Part shown: positions 48,825 to 62,600 of the stretch, one piece after another
How positions within the stretch are numbered: the stretch's first letter is position 1
Layout of the letters: the number at the start of each line of letters is the position of its first letter
Source: Perna viridis
Lineage: Eukaryota
Direction: 5' to 3'
Assembly: GCA_037379345.1 (NCBI GenBank)
Contig: CM074515.1
Location: 10,726,001-10,790,000, forward strand
DNA length: 64,000 nucleotides
Made by a program: the position numbers and the translations under genes
Notes under the pieces: generated by a model
The model's input: only the letters and a program-made list of their open reading frames with translations
Databases searched by the model: none
What the model was told of the DNA's origin: nothing

Positions 48825-51800
48825 ACATTCGAAAAAATGCAGGTAGAATAAAGGAAGGTAAAGGCATTTATTACATTTTTATTTTGAATTCTAGTGCCCC
48901 ATGGTCTTAATTACATCAACTCATTTTCTTTGTGTTTACTGTTGGTTTTTACTACTGTCTTTGATAACTTCACCTTATATGTGTAATAATATTCTTTAAT
49001 TTCACTTAAGAATTAGAAGAATGTAATTCTATGATGATGAATGACCTTACATTTGACCTTTGAAAGTTTTAGCACTATGCATTGAAGACATTAAATAATT
49101 GAGGGCCACAGAAATGTCAGACTGCTTGAATGGAACAGTGTTCAGATACTGCAGTTACTTATCCTAAAATTTAAATCTGCAATGACATTTTCATTAAAAT
49201 TTGTCAACCTGCAGAATTGAGATGATTAATACCTTAAATGTCAGATTAGTAACATGTATTTCTCAATCAGCAGGGGCTCTGTAACTCTATACTGACAGGT
49301 ACTATCAGGACAATGGCATTAGTTCCGATGGTGTTCACGCCTCCTAGTGCAGTTCATGCATTCAGCCTGTAGTAAATTTTCTACCACCTGTCAAAACATT
49401 GATTCTTCACACTTAATTTTCTGTCTCAATTGGTTCAGCTGATGACCAATATAATCTTTTCAAAGTTCTAACTCTTATAATAACCATTTGCATCTTGGTT
49501 TTTTTTTTCTGGAGAATTTTATAAATAATTATTGACAATGTATTTCAAATTTCTTAACAGTAGGCATCTTTAAAATTATTGACCATGATATTCAGATATG
49601 TCCATATCAAATTATTATTATTTTTAAGCTATTTTTATTCATTCTTTGTTATTTTTGAAACAACAAGAGGATACAGGATAGGAAACTGATAGTTATGAAC
49701 TTTAATTTGAAAAAAAATTCACTGAAAGTTATCATTTTATTGTTTAATTCTAAAGCATTTCACAAATGCTATCAACAAAGAGTCTCTGGTTCTGACCCAT
49801 CAATGAACGTGTGGAAATTAAACATTCTAACATGTTGTGTGCAGACAGTGATAATAGTATCAGATATTTCTTTACATTAGGGCTGACAATCATTATTACA
49901 TGATGACTCCATATACCTATAAAAAACATGCAGGCATGATTCTTTGAAGCAGCTCAGTCCCTTTGAAGTGAGAAATTTGTTACTTTAACAATTAGCATCA
50001 GCTGTTCACAGCCATGAACAACAAAAAGAAGTGAGGCATAAGTTTGGGACCATCATGGCTATAGCAAGGGGGCGTTGCTGCTGTTGCTTTACACAGCATG
50101 AATGGTGTACCTAAACTTTCACAATCATTTCATCTTTTTCTTGTTTTTGATTTCCTCTTTTCTGTTGACTATGGTCATTTTTTTCTATTGATTAGTTTAT
50201 AATGAATGACAAATGCATTTCTTAGTCAGATCTGTGTTTCCAAAGTCATTTGAAATGGAATCATTTTGGAAGTAGCTAAGATCTTTTAAGGTTTCCAATT
50301 TAAGTTAACCAGGTTTTATTGAGGCAAATTATCCTTACATATGTAGACGATTAAAACTTTATGTTTCTTGTAATTAATATTATGAAAAAGCTATGTTTTA
50401 ATTATCATAAATAAATGTTTACATAAGTGCCAAGTCAGAGCTTAAGTGATCGTGTTTGTTTCAAAAGCTTGGCAAGTTTAATGTGTTTTCAATCAAATTC
50501 ACCAAGATTCCCGCCATAAAATTACAGTTTATTAGTAATATCACACTAGCATATAACCTAAGGCCTGCTTTTAATTGAAATTGTGCTCTGTTGAGTGCAT
50601 GTCACATTAGAGAGCTTTGTTTTAAGTGCAAATCATGTAAAATAATTAATAGAAGAGCCAAAATATTAATTTAAATTGAGAAACACAAGCTTAACATTAA
50701 AGTGCATCCTTTTTCTTACAAAATAATTTTTGTTATCATCAAAAATTAACTTAGACCTTAGTATTACAGTTGTAAAATTACACCAAAAGTACTGTGCACC
50801 TGTTGTAAGGACAACCCAGTTAGGAAAACAGTGGAGGTGTACCATATCCATTTGTGAAACCTTACCCTGATAAATTTATTATATAAGTTCTCAGCCTATA
50901 AACTTTGACAAATACAGATTTATTTGAATTATTACACATAATAACACATTTCAGTGAAAGATAAATGTCTGATCTCTCTTCTAAAGCATCAGGTTTCTGT
51001 TAAAGCCATTTCCACTGTTATTAAGTGAGGGGAAACTTAATTTACGGATGAGACTTGATAAACTTGTATGGATTTACAGTGTAAGTCAAGCAGAGATATT
51101 ATAGATATTATACTATAGAGTATGATATATAGAACTATAAACAGATTATTTAGTTCTTTAGAGTCTCTTGCCAATATTTGACTGCAGCCTGAGGTAAGAG
51201 ACAGAAATCAGGTTCTTTGGTGCAGACTACAACCTACTTCATATAATTACCCAGTTGTTCAAGTCATTGTTACGGAGTATATTTAGTAATGAGCTACATC
51301 TGATGCTGTTATACCATTGGACACCTGTATTTCTGTTGTATCTGTCTTGTGATATTTTCTTGTTTTATTTAGCTGTTATGATTTTATATTTCCTCAGTTA
51401 ATGATAGGCAAAACTTGTCCATTTTGTCTGATTGTGTTTCACATGTTTATCTTATTTCTGTGTTGGAACTATTTGAAGTTACTTAAGATAATTTTATGGT
51501 AGGGTTTAACACATTTCTGTTTTGTTAAAGCTTCTTAATTTCTTTGACATCTCCCCTTCTTGTGAAACTTGGTCTTACTAAATCTGTGTCATAGTACTAT
51601 ATAAACTATTTTGTAGCTGAAGAAAGGTTTTTCTGTTCTAGATGACTTACTGATTAAAACATATGTCCACTGGGATTCCATAGCATCTCCTTAACTGTTT
51701 AAACTGATTTGTATAACAGCCTCCTCTATATTATGGAGTAAACTTGTAAAATACCAAAACCAGTGTATCACTTGGGACTTGTTTTAAGGAACTAATATGT

Positions 51801-52738
51801 TTTAACCTGATATATAATCGATGTCATACCTGGATTACCTGGATGTACAGGTAAAAATGGCTGCATTTGCATTGGTTGGGTCATAGGGTAGTTATTGTTC
51901 TAAGTGCTTTGGATGGAGTGTGGAAAGAGTACCATGGAAGGTTACGTTAAAGGTCCTGAACATCAAATGAATAGTAAGACCAAGACAACTTTTGCAACAT
52001 TTACATTCAATTTATTTTATGCATATTCAATTTGTGAGATCAGTTTCTAGGTCTGAAGAAATTAATTAAATAAAGGATCAGAGGTTTTCCCTATGGTACA
52101 GGATTAATGCTTGGTCATAAATGCAAAGTTATTGAGGATTATTTGTTTTACTCAATTTACATGAAATATACTACCATGTTTATGGCTTCGATAACAAAAT
52201 TATCTCCCTTCATGTGAATTTATTGTTGCTGTGACTAGATTACCTCCCCTGATTACAGTTACTTTTTGTTTGCATTAGTTAATTACATTTCTACAGTTCA
52301 CATAACTCACTAGGGTTCCACATCATTAAAACTTCAGTATAGGCAAAAATTCAAAAGATTGTTGACATCCAATTTCATTGCATCCCCAATACCATGAAAT
52401 TTATTAAGGCTTTCTGATTTGTAATACAAGTGTTGCTACATTTTTGTAATTTTTTCGGATTGGACATGGGTCATTAAAGCTTAATTTGTATTGTGGAGTG
52501 TACAGTGGATTCATCATTAGACATGCTGGAGGATTAGAGTCAAATAACCATGCATTTGTAATTTGCACGAAATATGAATTAAAATGAGAAACATTGCCTA
52601 TGTTTCCTAATTATTGGAGTAGTGGTATCTTATTTTCATTGTTTGTAAGTGAAATATATGATTATCAAAAATGTTGGTTATGTAAAAACTTATATTTTTA
52701 AAGAAAAAAATATTTTTCCAAAGAATTATTGTTAATGC

Positions 52739-53972
52739 TTTTTTTTTTTTCAAAGGCCAGGTGAGCTATTGCCATCACTTGGTGTCTGTCGTCGTCGTGG
52801 TTAACAATTGTACAAAACACAAAACTCTTCTCCTCTGAAACTACTTGACTGATTAGAACTAAACTTGGTATAATGTTCCTTTGGGTATCCTGCATAGAAC
52901 TGATGTGGGGAAATTTGATTTGTTGAAAAAATATTGCCGCCATTACTAAAAATAGAACATAGGGGTCATACAGTAGTTTTTCACATATATCTCCAAAACC
53001 TTCAGGTTTAGCTAAATTCTGACATGGGTAAAAGTGTTCAGCATGATGAGGTCTATCTCTGATCAAGTTTTGGTTTTAATCTGTTAAGCCATGTTGGAGT
53101 TATTGCCCTTTTTCAACGATTTTTGTTATTTTTGATATTATTTCTTTCAAAAATCTTCTCCTGACACTACTTGACCAATTGAAACCAAATTTGTTATGAA
53201 TATTTCTTGGGGTATCCTGCATAGAATTGATATGGGGATTTATGATTCGTGGAAAAACATGGCCACCATTACTAAAAATAGAACATAAGGGTCACACAGT
53301 AGATTTTTTTATATATCTCCAAAACCGTTAGGTTTAGCTAAAATCTGACACGGGGGTAAAAGTGTTCAACATGATGAGGTCTATCTCTGGTCAAATTTTG
53401 GTTTTAATCTGTTGAGCCATGTTGGAGTTACTGCCCTTTTTCAATGATTTGCTATTTATAATGTTACTTCTTTCTAAAATCTTCTCCTCTGACACTACTT
53501 GACCAATTGAACCCAAACTTGGTATGAAGGTTCCTTGTGATATCCTGCATAGAACTGATGTGGGGATTTTTGATCCATAAAAAAACATGGCCCCCATTAC
53601 TAAAAATTGAACATAGGGGTCAGACAGTAATTTTACGCATATATTATCAAAAATGTTAGGTTTAGCCAAACTCTTTCAATTGCTGAAATGATCCTTATTA
53701 TAAGGCCTTCAAAAGTCTTCAGAGGTCAAAGTTGTCAGGCGACTCCTTGTAAGAGTTATAACCCTTGAAAGATGAATTTTTTTTTTTAGTTTTCAGCCAA
53801 TATCTTGAAACCTTTAATAGTTAGAAAGAAATTTTCATTTGCTGAAATGATCCTTATAAGTCGTACCGAAGTCTTCTTGAGTCAAAATTTTTGGACATCT
53901 CCTTGTTAAATTTATTACCCTTGGAAGACAACTTTAACCAGGTGAGCTCATGCTCCTTGGGGCCTCTTGTTT
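52739..53972 (+). mobile_element. Non-autonomous Helentron-associated (HINE/pearl-like) element with two kinds of internal tandem cores
   Basis: T-run, then GGCCAGGTGAGCT and a (GTC)n microsatellite TGTCTGTCGTCGTCGT. About 2.6 copies of a ~327-bp core (TCTTCTC...CTACTTGAC at ~52826, 53154, 53479). Two copies of a ~159-bp segment (TTGCTGAAATGATCCTTAT at ~53680, 53839). 3' end CCAGGTGAGC, hairpin GCTCC-TT-GGGGC and CTCTTGTTT. Confidence 0.88.
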
Positions 53973-56239
53973 ATGGATAGTAATTGATCATTTTTGATCA
54001 TTTAAGGATATTATTGTATGGTTGCAAACACTAACCTTTGAACCAGTTCTGATAGAATTTGACACATTCCCAGCTTTAGTAGGTATTTTACGATGATCAG
54101 GAACTCTGGCACTATAAATGTTAACTGATACATAAATAAAATTCAAAATTATCTGACTTTAAAATCAGCAGTTCTTAGTGCATACATATCTATCATAGGT
54201 AAACAATGGGGAAATTGGGTGTTGGTTTTCTGCTATTTTATCTAGATTACATGTAACTAACTATTCAGGATATGTTACTTTGTTTAATGCTGACATTTTT
54301 TTATTGATGTATTTTACTCTAATTTGACTCCTCCCCTTATTTTTTTTTTTATCTGTGCAGGATATGAGTTGTAAAACATGAATTTGGAATTGTAAAACTT
54401 TCAGGTAGACATGTAGTCTTGGCAGACATGCATGTTTCACTCAAGATAAAAATTAATTGTTGGTGTTTTAACTTTTAATGCTGACATGTATTCTTTACTT
54501 TGAGGGTTTTATACCACAAAAACATAAGATTTTATGTCATACATGTCATTTTATGAATATTTGTGGCTCAACATATTTTTGATTTCAATCGTCACTTCAA
54601 TGAAACTTTATTTTAGAATGTCTTGGTGATTTTTTTTTTAAAGAAATAAAATCTGCCACTTGTGCTGATTATATTCTATTTTTTTATATTCAGTTGAAAT
54701 TATTGCATGAGAAATAAAATGAAATTGAAAAGCCAAGTTTTGTAAAAGACAATTAGTCAAATTTGTATTTGTTTAAGGAGGGGGTTGGTCCCAGGTGTAC
54801 AAATACAAATCTTTTAATATATGTTGTAAGAATTAGTTGTACATTAAAAATATAAAATTATCTTATGATAACTTATATGGTGACTTGAGTACAGATATTT
54901 TTTTACACACCCCTTTTTGACACATGTTTTGGTATGACTCCAGAAAAAAGAACACCTGTAAAGGTTTTAAAAGATCTTTTCTTATTGGAATGAGGATTCC
55001 TTTTGTTTTTGAGTTATGGAACTCTTAAAGGCCTAAATTTAAGGAGGATTAGGTTATATTTATTGGACTATGGCAGGGGTTCAAGAGTGAAAGGTACTAG
55101 ACTTTTTTGCATCCTAAATGAAAGGTCCACAGGAAGATAGTGGTAAGTCCTCCATAAAAGTAATTGTAAAAATCCTTGGTGAACGAAATTATATTGGTCT
55201 TGTATCAGAAATTGACAGTCCTGAACCTCAGACCAGCACTAATTTGAACCCCTGTGATGAGATCCTCCCTGTTGTTATGTTATATCTATTAATGTCCCCC
55301 CTGCCTTGATGACCTCTCCAGCCATTAACCAATTACATGGATGCATTCCTTACTGTCATTACATTTCACTGAATTAGTTTAGCAGAGGGAAAAAAATTCA
55401 CAATTCAATTATAGAATGTGCCTTTTGACAACATAAGTAATTTGTTCTATTTGCAAAGAAATGAAAGCAACAACTGGGATGGAAAGGGGCTCTCAGAGGG
55501 ATTTTTAACTGATTTTAAAACTGTTTGTTCAGAGATGATACTTTATAAAGGAATCAGGAAAAAAAAACAGCAACAGAAATCGTTTGTTTGTGTTTCCTTG
55601 CTATTCATCACCATTGGGAATCACATGTGATTGTTTTAAATGCAAAAAGAGTATTTATCTTACAGAAGTTTGATAGTTCATATAAAGAATACCATTATTA
55701 CATTTACACTATTTCTTTTGATTTAAATATTCATAGCAAAATTATAGGAACAGGTTAACAAAGATCTAGAGAAGTTGGGGAGATATCAGGGGGTAAACAT
55801 CATATAAATAGACTTGACGAGAGGAAACTTTACAAGTAAGAAGCTCCTGTAGAACCTCTAGACTGATGTAAACAAATCAGTAGGAAACTGGGAAAGAAAA
55901 TTGATTTTGATGGAACTTATTCTCAGTATGAAACTGTACAATTGTCAGACTAGGACAATAGTTCAAACTGTGTGTAAAACCAATTAACATTGTAAGGTTT
56001 ATGATCAGTAGATATATAGGATTCTGTAGTATGTAGTAACTACAGCTGATTTATTACTGCTGGTCACAAATACAACATAAACTAGAAACATAAACTGAAA
56101 ACTTGTCAAAACGTTAATTGGTGTGTTTTGTTAGGAGTCGTTCATCTGTCAGTGGTAATGATCTTAAGACATGTTGTCTTCTACATCAATATTAAAACTG
56201 ACAACATCCTGGTCTGGTTCAGTTTATACCAACTTTCAT

Positions 56240-56683
56240 TTAGAAGTCTAAGTTGACTGTGGTAACCTCCATGGTTCAGATTAGCTGTATCTACCTCCAG
56301 AATAGATGTCTTTGTTGACTGCGGTAACTTCCATGGTACAGTTGAGCTGTGTTCACCTCCAGTCTGAGAGGTCTTAGTTGACTGTAGTAACTTCTGTGGT
56401 ACAGTTGAGCTGTATCCACCTCCAGAATAGATGTCTTAGTTGACTGTGGTAACTTCCATGATACAGTTAAGCTGTATCCACCTCCAGTTTAGAGGTCTTA
56501 GTTGACTCTGGTAACTTCCATGGTACAGTTGAGCTGTGTCCACCTCCTGTCTAGGAGTCTTAGTTGACTATGGTAACTTCCATGATACAGTTGACTTGTA
56601 TCCACTTCCATCAAGATTTTACCTTCATTGTTCATTTGAGCTATTTCCATTTGCAACTAGAGGTCTTCGTTGAAAGTGGTAAT
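56240..56683. repeat. Satellite/minisatellite, 62-bp unit, ~6-7 copies
   Basis: AGTTGACTGTGGTAACTTCCATGGTACAGTTGAGCTGTATCCACCTCCAGAATAGATGTCTT. Unit starts at 56251, 56313, 56376, 56438, 56500 and 56562. Confidence 0.95.
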
Positions 56684-59600
56684 CTCTTGGTTTACGGATA
56701 TAATGAAAAAAATGAAAATTAGACTTTAGAAATATTAGCATACATCCTCACCCTGACATAACTTCCTTGTTTTACTATTTTCTAAATGAGTTCTGTCTGA
56801 ATGACAAATCAGAAAGTGTAAGTAAGCATTTCCCCTCTGTAACTCAAGTTAGAATATTAATCTTATGTTGCATTAATACCACATGGTGGGGCTTTCTACT
56901 TACTCCTATTATGAAATGCAAGATTCTCTTTAAATTTTATCAAAAGGTTTTGAAAAATCGGATTAGGCACTTGTTGCATTGTAATTCTTTGTTTTCATAC
57001 ATCAATAACTAGGGATGAGGATTTAAGATGACTGATATAGACAAAATAGTGTAACCACACACCAAGTTATACTGCAGAAAAACTATTACAAGTTGAAAAA
57101 GTACAGTCGCCTGCAGGATAACCTTCACATTAAAAAGGTATCCTGCAAACATCCTCTTGTAACAGTGCAGCTGTATAAAAATCTCTATAATCCTATAAAT
57201 CTTCAAGTTTACCATTTAACAAATTTAGATAATTATGGCTGCTTAGCTTAAAAGGGTTCCTGCTGGCTCCATAACAGCTGCCCAATAAAACCATTATCAA
57301 ACTTCATCCTCTAATTTGCCATGTTGTGAGGAGGGCCATCATTTTGTTAAGTATGGGTGTCAAAAAGGTGCATGGATTGTATCTACAGTAGTCATATCGG
57401 CCATGTTGTTTTTTTGCCTGACTTCCTGTAAGTACATGTTTCCCAGATGTCTTATCATAGACACTTTTCCATTGGTTTTGTATTTTATTAATTATGTTTT
57501 TTTTTTTTTAAACTCAAGAGGCTATATTATATTTTATGTGTTTTACTAACTGTTACAAGGAAGTCTATGATGAATTTAATGGTCTGACCAGATGTTATGT
57601 GAAGGTCTGAAGAGGTATCTTGTGTTTCACTTGTGTTTATCTGATACATGATTAGGTACTCTGTGTGTCTCTGAGAGACAATTACCATAGTAAGTGTTAC
57701 CCTGAGAGGTATTACATCCAGGAGTAAGCACATGACCCATCAGGTTCAGAAAAGTACTATAGGGACAAGAATCTTGTGACATACTAGAAACATACACTTC
57801 CAGGATCATGACATTCCAAAAAGGGGAGAGAGTACTGACTGGCCTAAGAGGGGCCTACTCCAGTGAGTTTCAGTTTTGTCTTTATAATCAGTCAGACTTT
57901 TCAAGCATAAAGGGGGTTCTGGACCATCCCCTATAACTAAAGACACTTTATCAGAATATAAAATGGCTAGAATTTTTACAACTTCTTTGAAGATTAAGCA
58001 TATTACTTGCTGATAAAAAAAATAATAATTTCTAAAATGTTTAAAAAAAAAATAAATGACTACTTGAGTAAAGAATCCTGACTCGGTAGGTGTCAATTGA
58101 TACTCCTCTTTTGTCAACCTCAAGGAGAAGGAGGCTTTTTAGACATTCTCCTTCACTTATAAAGTTGGTAGAAGATTGAGAGAAAATTTAGAGGTGCAAG
58201 TAATGGGATACTTTTGAAGTTGCATCAAAAGCACAATAAAATGAATTCCACTAGATATTTTCTATCTGTTCTTTAGGTGCAATTGTGGGAATTATAAATA
58301 ATACTGAAAATACAGACACATTAAGTTATGAAAATCTCAATGCTCTTCACCAGTTTTCTAAAACCTGCTTTATGGTACCACATCAAGAAGTTTTCTAGAC
58401 AGTTACTGTAGGTATGATCATCCTTTTCTATGCTAGAGACTTCACAAAACAACAGATGTGAATACAAAATTTCAAAGGCTTATGACATGAAAGGTTTGCT
58501 CTTCATATTTAAAATACATCAAACTTCTGTTATAACAAGCAATATAATTGCTGCCACAACTTATACCAGTAAGAAATACAGCCAAGCATGAATGAAGCCT
58601 TCATCTTGATCATGTTATATCTTCATTGACCCCTGACGGAGAGGTTAGGGGTATAAGGTAACTCTTTAATGTACCTAAGTTCTGTGTTGTTGATACACCC
58701 AGTTAGGTATTAGTGTGCCTGGTTCAATGACTTACGTTGGAGAGTGATCAAACTTATTTGATTCTCACAGACAACTTGGATTTTCAATTAAAACTCTCGT
58801 AAGACTTGCCAAGTGCAGAGCCTTTTTCTATGAAAGTTAGTCAACATACCAGTACTATTTCCTCCATGTTTTTATTAGATATGCTTGTTGTGACTTATTT
58901 GTTCTTCTTTAAAATAAAACTCACAAATTTTCTCAATTTTTCATCTTACACTGCAGTGGTTTTGGGTTATAGTTCACAGATCCTTACTGTTTGTAATAGT
59001 ATGTCTGTCTTAGTCCATTCATTACCTGGTGTCAGGAAGAACATGCTTATTTTGCTATGGGTCAAAAACTGCACTTGTTACCTCATACAATTTGCATTTT
59101 CATGTTTGGAACTCATTTAATCATAACTACTTTCTTCTATTACACTAACAATTTTAAATAATGGTATAAAAAAAAACTTAAGTCATTAAAACTTTTTATG
59201 CAGAAAATCTACAATGATTTTCAACTGTCTGTTTGAAGTTTGGCTATTGCTTTCTGCTTTATAAGTTTGGAATCAAACAAGCAGTTAAAAATCCATAAAC
59301 TGCACTGGAAAATCACTTTGTAGGAGGGACTACCTTGATTTTGTTCAGGTGAACACAGCCTCAATATTGTTGTTAGTAAGTATTAAATGTGTTATGAATA
59401 TTGCTGAATTAGATATTATGGAAATATTGGGTAGTATTTTACACTGATTTCATTACAGGGTGGAAGGCTGACTGTTAGAAGGTGAACTTGTCTGTTTTTG
59501 ATCTGTCCAGATGGCTAATGGGGGGTTCTGACATAACTTAACAACATTTAACAAATTCCTTAGAAGTTTTTGATGGATTCTGTTCCTTGCTGGAATGAAT

Positions 59601-62600
59601 TACGACAAGAAAGGAAATTGGGCTATTTTTTTCATAATTGTTTGCACAAGTTTTGGCTTAAATATTGACAAACCTTATGGAAGGCATAAAGGTTTGGGTA
59701 TTTTTTTCTCTGTCATTAGAGATTATTTTAGATTGAAATGATTCATACAGGTCAGCATTATAATTACAGAAGATGTAATTTTATAACTTTTATACATGTA
59801 TGTTTTCTCCAGGAACACAAAAGTAAACAGTGTCATCTGTTGACTGTCTGTAATGTTCACGTCCTTCAATATTTTGGCTTGATCAGCTAAATACTTCAAG
59901 TTTCTGATAGTGGTCAAGGGTATACTATTGTATAGTGTTGATTGAAGAATTGGCTACTTACCTTAGGATTCTATATTAAAGTGTTGACAGCTTTTGATGC
60001 ATCAGTATTGATAGGTGCATGTTGAGTTACTGGCTAGTGGTAGACAGAACTATGTCATCATAAGCAAGATTACCCAGGTTCAACAGTTGATTTTAGAGAG
60101 AAAAACTAAAAATCACTATATTACAAAAAAAAAAAAAAAAACTGCACAAAATCTAAACAAAACCCTCTTAAAGTTTTGGAGATTAAAAAGATATTTTTTG
60201 CATTTAATCAGAAATGTTCAGCATACAGTATTTGTACAACATGTCAGGTTAGAATATAGTCAATGTTGGTTTATACAAAAGTAAGGTCATCCTATTCTCA
60301 CAATCTTTTGAAAGTCATCAGTTTAAGTTGTGCTTGACCTTTATCCAACTTATGTCATTACGTCATCTGATCCTTTGCCGACTCTTTCCCCTCAGTCACC
60401 AAAGCCATAAATCTAGTGGCAGATTTATTTAACTGTACTTGCTATGGCTTTGGATTGAAATAGAAGTTCTTTGTTATCTGTCTGATAAAGAATGAGGGTG
60501 CCTCCACCAAATGTAAACTATGTCTGAGAGGCCATAAATGTCTCGGTCAACTGCAGTGATGAATACTGTTGAAGACAGCTTTAGTTTCTGGTTGATTCTT
60601 CTGATATCAGTGTACACTGGTTACCTTAGAGGATAGCATCAGTATTATTACACTATAACTTCACAGATTTATCTAGTGCATTGTTAGGCTTTGTTGTTAG
60701 ATCATAAACACCAAAAGTACGGGAAATATCATGATGTTAATTAGCATTGAGGCTTTCTTCATCTCTTACTACAAAAGATTATGAACTTCATTTCTCCAAT
60801 AGTTTGTGAAGACACTAAATCCTCCTCATTGGACGAGCTGTTAGAATAACTTGGTTTGTTTATAACCAACTTCACTTATTTATCTCTGTGTTAAGCCAGA
60901 TAAGCCAAATGAATAAAGCATAGTGATAATGTGTTATTCTCATTTCATCCTAAATCTTATATCTCATTAAGCAAACATTGGATTTCCTTGCAACTTGTAA
61001 AAATTCACAGGCTGTATTTTAATGTGTTTTGCTAAACTGAAATGATATTTTCTCATCAAGTTATGAAATTGTCATTACTGAAATTTGTAGATGAAAGATA
61101 AGAAAAGTCAAGGTTGTATTTACTGATGTAACAAGTGATCCAGTATAATGAGATTGATGTAAGGGGATCCAGTGCTATATTGTACTATCATGGCATGATT
61201 GCCCATGCCTTGTTGCAGGGTCTGTTTTGCCTTCATTGGCCTTAATATTCAGAATTGTCCCTCCTTCGAACAGTATTTTACTATGAGTGACCTTTGTCTC
61301 CGATATCAGCTGTTGTTGTTTTTGTTTACAATCTCACTAATCAGCACCTTAGATGATACATGTACATGCAATATTTACATAATATTATGCCCTGTGTCAC
61401 TAACAGTATCAGGTAGTACTTACTTTCATGGAGGGACTGTTAGTGTTATTTATACTTTTCTGATCAGATCAATAAAGTTCATGTGTATTGTTTACAGTAG
61501 AGTAATGTAAGTTTATACAGATGGAGTTTTCATCAAGAATCCCTTGGCTGGAATTTACATCATTAACTTTTATTACACACCAACTTTTGTTTCTATTACG
61601 CCATTTTGCCTGCAATCTAAGCAAGATAAAAGGCAATGAAAATTCTTGTTATAGTGTAGTTACTACAAAGATCTGGTAAACACTAAGGTATAGTGCTAAT
61701 AAAACAGCTAATATTAGGAATTTCTCTAGAAGGACAATAAAACCCAGTAGCTTTGAAGTTCTATATCACACCTCTAAATATTTATTTTTCTCACATAAAT
61801 ATATTGCATTGCTACAGGAATAGTCAGTTATTCTCAGGATGGTATTGCCCTATTGTTTCTACCGTTACGGTTAGTGGCCAGTAATTAAACAAAAATAAAT
61901 CTTGTTTATTTACACCTAGCATGGGTCTATCAGTGGTTTTATGTTAGAAATTCCTTACACCTGTGTGTGAGCCAAACTTGTTTCTGTAACATGTAAACAG
62001 ATATTATTTTAGCATTGAGTGTATTTCTTTAGTTAAAATAACCACATCAGTTCTTAATTCCAGCTGATCACAATGGAAAATCCTCACTTTAATTAGAAGC
62101 CAAACAATTTTTTCTCAGTCTTTTTATTGCTTTAGAATCCATTATCACTGATTATGTTGTGGTGTTATTACTTCCTTGACTTTTTTATTTTTTTCTCAGA
62201 TTGTTTACTTTTAAAAAAAAAAATGAAATAAAATTTTGTCTTTTGATTTAGAATGGAAAATCCTTGTCTTAGATTTGCAAGGGACCTAAATAAATCTGGC
62301 ATTCTCCAAAACATAAAATGCTCTGGATGTAAAGCATGCATCTGAGTTTGGTTAGGGTTTCTTGATGTATGTACTGATATTTTTTTTCTTCTTGCACTTA
62401 AGAACGCTGAGAAAAGCAATAATTCACCATAAATAACTCAAACAGAGACACCCAACCAGTGATCTATATCATATTATGTCAACTTGTGCATAATTTCTGG
62501 GTATAAACAACCCAGTTGTATGCTAGTCAGTTGTATAGTTTGGTATTTCTCCATGGCATGCCTTGTATGAAATAAAGCTGTGAGATGGGTATAATCCCCT

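Noticed and set aside
52698-53669. ORFs of 122 and 92 aa as transposase/helicase fragments
   Set aside because: They are antisense translations of the non-coding core repeats of the HINE-like element, with no catalytic motifs.
57112-57147. Short hairpin TGCAGGATA...TATCCTGCA (similar 8-bp stems at ~1544, ~48219 and ~58122)
   Set aside because: Stems of 8-9 bp without TSD or other support are expected by chance in 64 kb. Intrinsic terminators are irrelevant in this context.
60550-60611. C/D snoRNA-like GTGATGA...CTGA
   Set aside because: Short, with a weak terminal stem and no recognisable antisense element or C'/D' boxes.
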